A DNA stretch of 64,000 bases from Flaccisagitta enflata (lineage: Eukaryota): NCBI GenBank assembly GCA_965153355.1, contig OZ231126.1, positions 8,618,001 through 8,682,000 on the forward strand. Reading direction: 5' to 3'. Position 1 is the stretch's first letter. Each line of letters opens with the position of its first letter. The notes beneath the pieces were generated by a model. It did not search any database. It was not told the DNA's origin and worked only from the letters and a program-made list of their open reading frames with translations. Of the stretch, positions 1 through 11,886 are shown one piece after another. A program made the position numbers and the translations under genes.

Positions 1-649
1 CGCTTCACAGCACTCCGCTTCACTCTGCTTGCTCCGCTTGTGTCTCACTTACTTTCCCATCCCCCTCCAAATAGGTATTCGCGGCATTCGCGTGGCCTGA
101 GAGCGCACTCAACGGAAGAGAAGCTGATGGCGACGCACGCCACAATGAAAAACAACATCGAAGCCATGATTAAAAAGCAGTTCAATGCTCAAGGCTGATT
201 TCAAGGTTGAAAGAAAAAAGTTCTGAAAAAGAAAAACAAGGCCGGGTACATGGCTACTTAAGTCGCGTGCGGGTAGGCAAAGGGAGTAATAACAAGTCAT
301 GCAAGGATCGCACATGGTTAGCGGTATCCGGTGTCCTGCTGGGAGTGAAATGAGTGAAATTGAGTGTGAGCAATGTCCTGTAGGACACAGGGGTAAATTT
401 ACGTGTTATTCAATGAGATTTTTTATTTTTTTGTCAACTCTCCACGTTATCTTATGGAAATTATCGAGATATGTCATGCCTCAAAACCGTGGCGCGATTT
501 GGGGCCATATTTTGGTGCGAGTTCTGGCCCTAATTACCATTCCCCTTCATAGTGATGAGCAAGATCTGGATTTAAAAACAACAGCACAATTTGGGAGGGA
601 ATATGGAGCCAGATCGCGCGTGTTGTTCTTACTCCAGAACCTGTGAAAC

Positions 650-885
650 CTCTTTCACATTTTTTTTTCTCTCTCTTCTTCTCTTCTCTCCTTCTCTCTC
701 TTTCTCCTCCAAAATCTCCCCTTTTCTCTTCCTTTTTTCACCTTTTTCTTTTCTTTTTTCCTTCTTTCTTCTTTTTTCTTCTTTTTTCTTCTTCCCTCTT
801 CTTCTTCTTCTTCTTCTTCTTCTTCTTCTTCTTCTTCTTTTCTTCTTTTTTTTTTTTCTTCTTTATCTTTTGCTTCTTCTTCTTT
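650..885. repeat. CT/(TTC)n low-complexity tract
   Basis: Pyrimidine tract with a (TTC)n core at about 797-840. Confidence 0.9.
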
Positions 886-1014
886 ATAGTTGTGGACACA
901 CAAATCTAAAGACTCTATAAGAGGCTTCGTCCATCCTTCAGCCCATTGGTCCGTCCATTGGTCCGTCTGTCTGTCCGTCAGCAAAAGTCAAAAAGTGGGA
1001 AAATGAGTGTAGCC

Positions 1015-1200
1015 CTGAGGATGGGGCGGGGGGGACAAACAGATGGATGAACGGACGGATGGACAGACAGATTCCCCCTGTGTTCTACAGGACTTCGTCC
1101 CCTTTGGGGCCGCTGGCCTGCTCCCCCTCAACTTAAATCACACACTCCTCAAGCAGGGCACGGGTACCGCTGACCACTTACTGCCTTTGGGCTGCTATTC
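1015..1200 (+). mobile_element. Family C long-subTIR HINE-like element, 3' half
   Basis: GGAC microsatellite, subTIR CCCCCTGTGTTCTACAGGACTTCGTCCCCTTTGGGGCCGCTG, and tail AAGCAGGGCACGGGTACCGCTGACCA shared with the 60393-60966 copy. Confidence 0.7.
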
Positions 1201-1909
1201 ATCAGTTCATAATGAGACCGCTGCAAGCGCTTAAATGAAGGAGCTACCCACAACAGTCAGGAAAATTTTTAGTTGCAACAATGTTCGATTTTTAAGTTGA
1301 AGAAAAAATAGAAAAACTTCAAGATTGATTTTCCCGTCTGCTTTTGGCTTTGGCTTTCTTATTTCCGCGAAGCGCCCGTGGTAACTGTTTTAATTCTCTC
1401 AAAAATGAGTAAGACGTCAATATTTTGGAGGGAAAAAGAGGGTCTATAACGCGCCGATTAGAATCATCTCCAATGTCTAAGTGCAACCATTCAAAAATCT
1501 GGTATTGATTTTCTCTATAAGCATTAGAAGTATTTAGAACCATAGCACAAGAAACAAGTGACATAGGGTCAAAATATTGTTGCAGGTGGGTGGGCAGGGG
1601 CATCCAACCCCCATAAACCACAACCTCCTTATCCTAAATTTATTCTTCAAACTTGACAAAATACATTTATTCAATTTAGGCCACCGCCTGCCTCCTTCTC
1701 CATAATAACATATAGGAAGGAAAAAGAGCCAAATTACCATTTTGCATTATCTAATGGGTCTTAAATTCTATAGGGGATGTTTTCTACCATCAAATGGTGC
1801 CCATAGCCAGCAAACATAAAGGATCAAGCATATCGAGTCAAAAGCCCCTAAGCTGGAGGTTGGATGCCCATCCACAACGATATTGTGACCCTGCATCACT
1901 AGTTCCACC

Positions 1910-2376
1910 TTTTTGGGCAGCGGCCCCAAAAGGCCAATCTCCTGTAGAACACAGGGGGGGGATTTCCAGATGTCAGTCTGTACTTCCCTCCATCCACCTT
2001 CCGTCCTTGTGTCCTTCCATCCCCCCTCCCCCAATGACCATCAAGGCCTCAAATTTGTCCTCCCAGCCCTCAATCTAGCCCTCCAGACCTTCACTTAGCC
2101 CTCCAAGCATCAAACCAGCCTTCTGTGACTTAAATTTGCTCTCAAATTCTCAAATCTGCTCTCCAAGCCTTAATTCTGCCCTCCAGCCTTCAAATACGCC
2201 TTCAGTGGCCTACATCAGTCATCTAATTCTAAGGCCTGAAATATGCCCCCTCAGGACATCTGGAAATTCCCCCTGTGTTCTACAGGATATGGGCTCTGCT
2301 CTCACTCCACTTTTTCACTGGATCACCCCCAACAGAGCATTGGGTACCGCTAACCATGTGCCATCTTTAGTTACTT
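1910..2376 (+). mobile_element. Family C long-subTIR HINE-like element
   Basis: Starts in a T-run with GGGCAGCGGCCCCAAAAGG...CCTGTAGAACACAGGGG; degenerate 21-bp repeats inside; inverted CCCCTGTGTTCTACAGGA at about 2269; tail GGGTACCGCTAACCATGTG. Confidence 0.7.
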
Positions 2377-2467
2377 AATCATGAAAAGTGGATGAACAGA
2401 CCAATGGATGAAAAAAGCCTCTTGTAGCGTTAACATGTACTGTACATATGAGAAGAAAACTTACTCT

Positions 2468-2906
<439 letters not shown>

Positions 2907-3139
2907 GTTAGAGTATGATTCCATCTGAATAAGGACCAGGATCTGGGGCGATTTTTAGTCCTCCATCCAGTACTGTTGTCTTCATAGAAGATGGAGTGAA
3001 TAAAGATGAATAGAGATCTGGCTTGCTTTTCATGGTCCAGATCTCTTAACCCAGATATAGCACCAAAATATGGGGCCAAATCGCGGGGCTGTTTTAAAGA
3101 AGGATATACCTGGAATTATCACCTGTTTTCTTTTTTTAT

Positions 3140-3445
3140 TTATTTTCCATCTTATTCAATGGGGATATTTCCATTTATACAGTTTTTGACTATATTTCAT
3201 ACTATTCAATGGGGATTTTTCCATTTTACCTGTTTTGGACCTTTTTGCATACTATTCAATGGGGATTAATTTATTTTTGTCAATTTTCCATGTATTTCAA
3301 TAGGGATTGAGGTTTCTGGCCTGAGTAGGCGGGGGAGGGGGACGGATGTATTGACGGACAGACGGATGGACAGAAGGACATACATATAGATTTTGCCCCC
3401 TGTGTCCTACAGTATATCGGCCCTTTGGGGCCGCTGCCCAAAAAG
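3140..3445 (-). mobile_element. Family C element, subfamily with internal TATTCAATGGGGAT repeats
   Basis: CCCCCTGTGTCCTACAG...CCCTTTGGGGCCGCTGCCCAAAAA end; internal repeats match the reverse complement of 37340-37510. Confidence 0.6.
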
Positions 3446-4102
3446 GATTAATAAGGCCCTTAGACAGGAGCAAAAAAAAAAAAAAACGCTACAAAAGCTT
3501 AACAAAAGCTTAAGTTTTACGTACCGAGCGACCAAAAGAGACGGACGATTTTATTGATAAATACAACTAAAAGCTGTGACCGTACTGTATGCATTCACCC
3601 AAATGAAACGTTTGTCAGTTTTTGCAATTACTTACTGACAAAATGATAACAAAATGATGTGAGTTTTGCAATTAACTACTGACAAAATGACAACAAAATG
3701 AATGATCAACACTCGGTAACCAATAAAGTGTCCTGAATATCAAATGAATAGAAAAATCAAATTCAGTGACATAGAATTGAATCATTTCCACATCATTTTT
3801 CTGCATTGAAATGTGGTACTCGTTCAGTCCCCCAAGACGAAAATTGATTAAAAAAGAAGGTATCTTTTTTTTTCATTTCAGTTTCTTTTTCGAAAATCAG
3901 TAATTTTTCTAAATGTTCATTGCTCCACCGCAATTCATAGAGGATTTCATTTTCACAATTAATTGAAGACGTCATCGACATTCAGCAAAGAGTCTGTCTG
4001 TCTGTCTGTCTGTCTGTCTTTCTGTCATTGATCATGTCAACTTGAATTAAGCCACGCCCACATTTATAATCAAAGACCGACTAAATTATCCTTTTTTTTT
4101 TC

Positions 4103-5746
4103 TCAACAACCGAAAAAACAAAATATCCCTTCGATCATCACACCGACTAAACTAAAAAAGTCTAAAGATGCAGGCTCGGAAAACGCTTTATCTGTGGAAG
4201 TAACGGATGTATCAGCATTTTCGGTATGAGCAGAAGCAGTTCCGGATGTGTCGGTTGCTGCAGAAGCAGCTCCAGATGTGTCGGTTGCTGCTGAAGCAGC
4301 TGCAGATGTGTTGGTTGCTGCTAAAGCAGTTCCCGATGTGTCGGTTGCTGCAGAAGCAGCTCCAGATGTGTTGGTTGCTGCAGAAGCAGCTGCAGATGTG
4401 TTCGTTGCTGCTAAAGCAGTTCCCGATGTGTCAGTTGCTGCAGAAGCAGCTCCAGATGTGTCGGTTGCTGCTGAAGCAGCTTTAGATTTGTCGGTTGCTG
4501 CAGGATCGGTATCGATTGTATTGGATGAAACAACAGCATGTTGGTTGTCCTCGGTAGTAGCAACAGAAGGAGGGGTAGTGCTTGCATCCTTTGCGGTATC
4601 GAGTGTAATGAATGAAGCGGCAGTATGTGCGGTATCTCCGGTGGTGCCAGTTTTGGTTGAGCCAGTGTCGTGATCGGGAGTTGTGGCGCTAAATTCAAGG
4701 GCGACATAATCTGGCATACTCTTGTGGGTTTCCTGGTGAGTGTTGTCAGAATCGTCAACTGGCATACTTTTGGTGACATCCCGAAAGAGACCGTCAACGA
4801 GATCCTCGGGTGTAGTCTCGGCGGAAGCCTTGACAACATTCTCGTTATCAGGGTCACCAGGGAATTCGTCGGCGATGTCAATGTTTGTGTTAATGTCCTC
4901 AGACAATTCATCGGCAACATTCGAATTAATGTCGTTAGACAAGTCATCGTCGATATTCTGGCTCATTGTCCCAGCAATGTCCCCATTGCTTCTGTCCGAG
5001 ATGTCCTCATCCATGATCCAAAGGTTGTCCTCTTCATTGTTGTTGTCCTTTTCATTGCCCTTGAACTCTCTCCAGATGTCTCCTTCCAACACTTTATTCT
5101 TATCTTCGATCCAAGGGTTGTCCTCTCGATTGTCCTCATCAACGTTGATGTCCGTGTCACGAACTGCTACTCCATCTTCCACCTTGTTTGACTTTCTCTC
5201 TTGGAAAGAGCCAACTCTTTCTCCTCCCTCCAAAGGATCTAAAAAATCATGCAATGCCCGATCTTCCACCCCGTTAGACGTTTTCATCATGGGGTTCAGT
5301 TTGAGTTTCGATGAATATGAAGCCGATTTATCGGTTGACATCTGCCATAACAATTCATTCGTCGACGGTTGAAAGGCAGATTGGTCGTTGGCCGTTTTTG
5401 AGGCCCATGCATTTGATGACTGCATCCAAGACGTTCCTTCCCTTTTCGATGCGGGATAAGAACCGTCCCATTGCAAGTCCTTCGTCGGTGAGTCAGATGA
5501 GGCTGACGCCAACCCATTGTAGGACAGAAGAGGCGCCCATGGATTAGAAAGAGGCGTCTTCTGATTGGAGATTGGCACCGCCCCAGCGGAGGACAGAAGA
5601 GGCGCCCAAGGATTAGAAAGAGGCGTCTTCTGATTGGAGACTGGCGCTGCGTCGACGTTTATACCGGAAATGGCGACGAGAACTATCCCGGAGAGTGTCG
5701 CCAAAAAGGGTGTCACAAAAATTGGGTTCTTTGACGAAATCGTCAT
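4103..5746 (-). CDS. Putative secreted or membrane-anchored acidic, Ala/Thr/Ser-rich repeat protein (547 aa, no recognised family)
   Basis: 1644-bp uninterrupted ORF in otherwise stop-rich DNA; CAAAAATG start context; hydrophobic N-terminus (PFLATLSGIVLVAISGINVDA-APV); in-frame 69-bp and 30-bp repeats; D/E/N-rich core; hydrophobic C-terminal tail FFSLVGVMIEGIFCFFGC. Confidence 0.8.
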   Translation of the reverse strand: MTISSKNPIFVTPFLATLSGIVLVAISGINVDAAPVSNQKTPLSNPWAPLLSSAGAVPISNQKTPLSNPWAPLLSYNGLASASSDSPTKDLQWDGSYPASKREGTSWMQSSNAWASKTANDQSAFQPSTNELLWQMSTDKSASYSSKLKLNPMMKTSNGVEDRALHDFLDPLEGGERVGSFQERKSNKVEDGVAVRDTDINVDEDNREDNPWIEDKNKVLEGDIWREFKGNEKDNNNEEDNLWIMDEDISDRSNGDIAGTMSQNIDDDLSNDINSNVADELSEDINTNIDIADEFPGDPDNENVVKASAETTPEDLVDGLFRDVTKSMPVDDSDNTHQETHKSMPDYVALEFSATTPDHDTGSTKTGTTGDTAHTAASFITLDTAKDASTTPPSVATTEDNQHAVVSSNTIDTDPAATDKSKAASAATDTSGAASAATDTSGTALAATNTSAAASAATNTSGAASAATDTSGTALAATNTSAAASAATDTSGAASAATDTSGTASAHTENADTSVTSTDKAFSEPASLDFFSLVGVMIEGIFCFFGC

Positions 5747-5907
5747 TTTTGCTTTTCTTTTGTTCCACTAAGATTCTTTTTGTCTTATTCTTCAGCGATT
5801 TTTGGTAACACCTGGCTTCGACTTCTCATACTTTTATTTTAATGATTATCCATGATTGCATTATTAATAATTATTTATTGTCTAACCTTGTTGTGTTTTC
5901 ACATAAA

Positions 5908-6082
5908 CTTTTAGTCGCTTTCTATGTGTCTCTACAAGCCATCTCTCGGTTCGTTGGTCCATCCATCCGTTGTTTGGTCTGTCCGTTCATTGCTCATTCA
6001 TCGCGTCGCCGCTCCTTCTAAATGCCCAGCGTGGCCTCCTTCACCGCCCTGCCCACCCACACGCGAATGAGGCCGCCGTGTC
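5908..6082 (+). mobile_element. HINE family A, degenerate copy
   Basis: TTTTAGTCGC start, GTCC-type repeats, GCCCACCCACACGCGA...GCCGTGT end. Confidence 0.55.
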
Positions 6083-8086
6083 AGGAACTGTAATGCGAAA
6101 CCGCTTGCAATTCAAAAATATGGCGGATTTACGGACCGACACGGCAAGGTGTAGAGACGCGTGTCTGCAACTTAAAAAGATTCTTTAAATGGACCGAAAA
6201 GTGGCTCACGGGAAAAGAATCGCAGCGTGATATATATAACTATATAATCTCTTTGAAAAGATGTCATGAATTTATGAAGTTTTGATAATCCAATCTTTAG
6301 GAAAGGAAGCGTGGGAAATGTCATATGTTCATCATGGGAATGATATGAATATCCTCACTACTATCTTAGCCAAAAGAAACGCGACACCTTTTATATAGAA
6401 AATCTCGGCTTCTAAAGAAGCCAGATACTTCATATTAAAATTAATCTACTTCAAAAGATCCACAAAATGAGTCCAATCTGGTCACTGTATCTCAAAGCGT
6501 TTAGAAATGGCAAGCAGAAGAAGAAAGATAGTCATTTTCAGTATTAATAAAAAATTGTGAATAAAGATTAGACAAAAAATTTGTGTAACTGAAACCATAA
6601 TTATCTCAGCTTCCTGAGAAGCTCGAAACTTTTTCCAAAAAAGCATAAAAATCTACATCAAAAAATCTCAAAGATGAGCGCCATCTGGATTCTGTAGCTC
6701 AAGCCGTTTGGAAATGGCAAGTAAAAGAGTACCCTTAAATTGAAAATCATAAACTTGGAAAAACCGTGGACAAATGAGAAAATGTCATCATCCCTATCAA
6801 TGAAGAAATGGGATAAAAATTGCGACTTAGATTCACAGCCTGGTTCGTTTTTCATTATAAAAACCTACTTGACTTACAAACTCTCTCAGATAGTTCTTCA
6901 ACGACGGCATTTGTATGGGCGATTAAATTCAAAAAGGCGAAATGAACATCACATATGAGGAAATCCATACATTTGATATGAAGATACCATATTTTGTCAA
7001 AGTATGGTCAGTAAACCACATCATTCAAAGGGTGTCGCGTTTCTTTTGGCGAAGATAGAAGTCTTGATGCGATCATTTTGTTAAAAAAAGTCAATTTCTT
7101 TGATGAATTTGATTTTTGTAACTTACCATGCCTTATGCTGTTGCAATATTTAGTAGTTAAGTTTGGCAGTAACTCAATTATTGTACTTAGAGACACAAGA
7201 TGCAGTAAATGAGTCATGTCTTAAATCTAAAATCTTTTGGAAAGCTGTTCATACGCTCTGAATTTTTGTTACGTCTTAATAAAAAAAAAGTCGGAAATTC
7301 ACCATTTTTCTTACATTTACATGGTAAGTCAAACGAGTGTGTTACAAAAAATCGACATATCTTAGACTTTAGAAATTCAAATCGATTTTGGAGAAAACCC
7401 AAAGGCAAATTTTTTGAAGGAAAATTAAGTGTTTCACCATACTTTTTGCATCATTATAAGGACAATAATGAAGCTGGAATGTTTTTAGTGGACAAATTGT
7501 CCAAAGACACTTGATGCATACATGTTCATCATATTCTGACCTAAAACATAATTTGAACTATGCGATTCTCATGAAAACATGCAGGAAAATAGTGTTTTTA
7601 GTGAGTTTCTGCACACACTTTTTTTCCTTTTCTGAGGTCGAATTTCTAAAAAAGCCAAACACTGGGAAATTTTGCATTTTGAAAAATACAGTTCTCTCTG
7701 TAATCGAGTTGGGAAGAGAACTTTGTTCTTTGTTTTTTAATTTTTTCATTTTCTATGCAAATTTAGAGTTTTGACCAGCCCCCTGTCAGTGACCAAAAAA
7801 AGATGAGTAGAAATTTTCATTAATTTTTTTTCAGTGACATTGGCTAAACTTGGTCCTCTTGCTGAATAAATACAAATTTTTCTTTTAAATATTATGTCTG
7901 AGCCATTTCAATCACTTTTATTCACTTGTTTTTGCATTTTCATTCATTCATTTTTTTCATTTTGACCTGAAACACAAATGTTGCCTTCAGAGGTACGCCG
8001 TCATATGTGAATTTCAAAGCAGTCGGACTGTTTGTTTATTTCGAACTATTCTACATCTCACTGAGGTCCATATTTCTAAACACACG

Positions 8087-8289
8087 TTTTTAGTCGCGTG
8101 CTATGCGACTCTACGCCGCGCTTTGTCCGTCAGTTGGTCGGTTGGTTGGTCGGTCAGTCGGTCACTCTTTACTTTTTGTGTTTTTTTTTTCTTCTTTGAC
8201 CGTACTGCTCCTGCCCAAATTCTCTGGTGACCTCAAATATGGCCCCTGCCCACCCGCACGCGACTGGGGTAGCTGTGTATCTGGCCTTA
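8087..8289 (+). mobile_element. HINE family A (Helentron-associated, DINE-1-like)
   Basis: T-run, then 5' palindrome AGTCGCGTGCTATGCGACT, (GGTC/GGTT)n, 3' subTIR GCACGCGACT and terminal GTAGCTGTGTATCTGGCCTT; no target duplication seen. Confidence 0.8.
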
Positions 8290-8761
8290 ATTTATCAAAT
8301 CTCCAAAAATGATAAAAAAAACCCTGAGTTCAAATTTGAACTTCAAGAATTTGTGGTTGCTCAACAAATTTTCCATCCTTAATTTGTGTGCATGAAGTGC
8401 AAACCAATCATTATTTTTTTCAGAAATGAATTAACCTGTTTAGAAGCTGAGGTAAACTTATTTTCTTTAATAAGAATCTTACTGTTTGGGGGCAATTTGC
8501 AAATGAGATAGAGATAGGTACTAGCAAAATAACTACAATTGAACCCCCCCAATAATGGAAACCAAGGGACCAAAAAATCTATTTATTATAGGCGGATTGT
8601 TATTGCCAATATGAAAATTGATGTAAGATGTTCCTAATTTTTTTAGATATTTCAAGTTTAACGTTCTTACAAATTTGGTTCTTATGAGAAAAAAAATGCA
8701 TGGGTCGATTCTTTATGTTGCAACTGACTTGGCACACCCTGTAGAGCGGTAAGAAGACTTA

Positions 8762-9038
8762 GGGGACGTTTCTAGTCACAGACAATCGCGTTTTGAACGG
8801 GCCACTCGGTCGCTCGCTACGTTCGTTCGCTCGCACCGCTCACTCCGCTCACTCGCTCCGCAGCGCTCCGCTTCGCTACGCCGCGCTACGCGCTTCGCTC
8901 GCTCACTCTGTTCACGGGCTCGCTCACTCACTTCGCTCACTCCCTCGTGGGACAGTTGAAATTCTTTAATATGTATTCACGCTGTTATCGCGTTTTATGG
9001 GAACAAACGCGTTTTTGGCGCTCACTAGAAACACGCCC
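8762..9038 (+). mobile_element. PIF/Harbinger-type MITE (family B, CGCT-rich)
   Basis: TIRs GGGGACGTTTCTAGT / ACTAGAAACACGCCC flanked by a TTA...TTA 3-bp duplication; interior near-identical to 13432-13681. Confidence 0.8.
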
Positions 9039-9527
9039 TTAAAAGAAGTTCGAAGTGAGGTGTTACCGCGTTTTTGTGATGCAAGAAAGGATCCTTCCGT
9101 TTTACTTTTTCGCTATAAAACGTGTCTCGCAGACAAATGAGATGGGCTCTACTTTGGTGATTGCCTTTTATAGAATTTTTGATGGTCTTTTATCTGTAGC
9201 AAAGGAACTTCTTTAGATGATAAGGTGGCTGGTGAAGACGCGAGAAAAAAAACGAAGAACATCCTGTTTTCGGGAACTACTTTATCTCGGCTTCACTTCT
9301 TTTAATCTCAACTTTCGAGACTCAGATAAGTGTCTAATTTCTTATTCCGTTTCTCACTTTGACTCACAACCTTTATGTCTTGGTACAAAAACTTTACTTT
9401 ACCTTTCTTTCTCTGTCTCACTCAATCTTTCTCTGTCTGTCTTTTTGTCTCACCATCTCTAACTGTTTGTCTGTCGCTCAGCTCTCAGTCAGATTTTCTC
9501 TCTCTTTCTTTCTATTTCTCTCTGTTT

Positions 9528-9570
<43 letters not shown>

Positions 9571-9868
9571 GTCTGTCCGATCTGCAATGCATATTTCAGT
9601 TCTCGTTACTGCAAGAATGGTTTGACAAAAGAAAATAACTATAACACGAAAAAGAATCAATATATAATCATTTTTTCATTTTCATAATTCAACGCCTTTT
9701 CTGAAATTCATGCTCGGTACTAAGCATAGCAAAGCAAGCATACATAGCAGTAAGCACATCTACTAAGCATACATAGCAAAGCTTGAGCATATCTAAGGAC
9801 TAATCATTCCAAAACAAAAAGAGACAGTCTGATCAAAATTCAAGACTGGTTGGTCATTTCGACACCAT

Positions 9869-11886
9869 TTAAAGGGGTTTAACAATCGCCGTGACTAAGT
9901 TTGGTTTGGCGGTAGTTAAGAAGGGTTTCGTACTGTCGGTAGCAACTATATTTAGGGCGGTAATGGCGCTGTCTTCCACGTCAATGTCGGCAGAATTGAT
10001 GAGATTGGCATTTTCTTCTCCATTACCAGTTTCACCACGTGCCATTTTTTCAAGCAATTCCTCATTGGTACTAATGCCATCAATCATGTCTTCAAAAGCG
10101 GCATCATCCTGGTGGTCAACATCCTTGACAGAATTCTCAACAGCATCATCCCCAGTGTCAGTCTCAGTCTCAGTTTCAGACTCAGTGACATTTGCGAGGT
10201 CATCCGCGGCATCATCCTGGTTGTCGAATTCATCAGTTGAATCCAAAAAAGAATCATCAGCGGTTTCAATGTTTTCGAGCATGTCTTCAGCGGTATCCAT
10301 GTCTTTGGCTGCGTCTACGTTGTCATCGTTGTTTTCAAGATCAGCGTCTTCTTGCGCACCATCAGCAGCATCAAAGTTGTCAGCATCATCCACCAGATCA
10401 GTATCTTCTTCCTCGCCCTCAGCAGTTTCGATGATGTCATAGATTTCAGGATCTGCTTCTTCAGCCATACTTTCAGCGGCATCAAAGTTATCATTGTCAT
10501 CAACAGGATCAGTATCCTCTTGCATACTATCAGCGGCGTCGAAGTTGTCATTCATGGTTTCAGAATCAGTGTCCTCATGGGCCCCATCTGGAGTAACCAT
10601 GTCGTCATTGCTTTGTGATTCAGCTTCTCCAGCTTCTCCAGCTTCTTCAACCATGCTTTCAGCAGCATCAAAGTTATCGTCGACAACAGGATCAGTATCC
10701 TCTTGCATACTATCAGCGGCGTCGAAGTTGTCATTCATGGTTTCAGAATCAGTGTCCTCATGGGCCCCATCTGGAGTAACCATGTCGTCATTGCTTTGTG
10801 ATTCAGCTTCTCCAGCTTCTCCAGCTTCTTCAACCATGCTTTCAGCAGCATCAAAGTTATCGTCGTCAACAGGATCAGTATCCTCTTGCACGGCATCAGC
10901 AGCATCGAGGTTGTCATTGTTGGTTTCAGGATCAGCATCCTCTTGCGCAGCATCTGGAGTAACCATATCATCAATGTTTTCATATTCAGCTTCTCCAGCA
11001 GTATCAAAGTTGTCATTGACGTCCACAGTGTAGGTGTCATCTTGCTCACCATCTGCGGTATTCATGTTGTCATCGATTGCAGGATCAGCTTCTTCAACCA
11101 TACTATCTGCAGCGTCGATGTTGTCATTGTTGGATTCAGGAGCAGCGTCTTCTTGCCATTATCTGGAGTGACCACGTCGTCATTGTTTTCTGATACAGCT
11201 TCTCCAATCATACTATCAGCATTGTCAAAGTTGTCATTGCCAGTATGATCGGTATCCTCTTGCGCACCATCAACAGTATTGATGTTGTCATTGATTTCAT
11301 CATTCGCTCCATCAACTCCGTCCGAGCCCTTGTTGGTGCTTCCAGTTTCAGTATCCTCCAGGGCATCCACTGTCGATTCACGCTCCAATTTGGCCCCTGA
11401 TCCGACTTCTGATTGATCTGCCGGTTCTTCTGCCGATTTAGCCTCCGCTGCTCCTACCGATGCGGAATCCATGAGTTGGCTAATGATGCGCTGCAGTTTG
11501 GACATCACACTTGATACACTCTTGAGGACTCCTGACGGCTTTTTCGGAGCGCTAAGCAGTGGTGCTGCTGTCGTTAAATCGGTGGGCGCCAATTTGGCCT
11601 CTACTAACTTGGCTGGCGACAACTTGACCGGCGCCTTTTTGGCCTTAACCAACATGGCCGGCGCCATCCCAACCGACGCCATCTTATCCGGCACCAACTC
11701 GTCAAACGCCAACTTAGCCAGCGCCATCTCCTCCGGCGCCATGTTAACCGGCGCCAACTCCTCCGGCGCCAATTTTTCTTGCGCCGCGTTTTTGATGAGC
11801 GGCGCCGATTTTATGAGTGGAACAAAAACGGCCAAAGCAAGGACCAACGCCGCGGAGAAGGGCGTCGAATTCGTCGCTTTAAACAT
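9869..11886 (-). CDS. Putative secreted Asp/Glu-rich repeat protein (about 672 aa), split by a 1-bp frameshift at about 11156 (assembly error, pseudogene or null allele)
   Basis: ORF 11062-11886 gives a signal peptide (PFSAALVLALAVFVPLIKS-APL) and KLAP-type 5-aa repeats; ORF 9869-11101 continues the same xDNFDAA repeat. The junction reads CCA GAT AAT GG- CAA GAA GAC versus the intact unit CCA GAT GCT GCG CAA GAG GAT. Start context GCCATCATG. Confidence 0.75.
10501..10866 (-). repeat. Two near-identical 183-bp (61-aa) coding repeat units
   Basis: CAACAGGATCAGTATCCTCTTGCA recurs at 10501, 10684 and 10867. Confidence 0.95.

Noticed and set aside
4207..5547. Plus-strand ORFs overlapping the 547-aa gene (4248-4673, 4670-5191, 4740-5372 and others)
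   Set aside because: Antisense shadows of a repetitive, codon-biased CDS; no independent coding signal.
6180..8745. AT-rich stretch with MITE-like motifs and a lone CACACCCTG|TA end at about 8741
   Set aside because: Probably decayed DNA-transposon remnants, but I could not pair termini, so no element is called.
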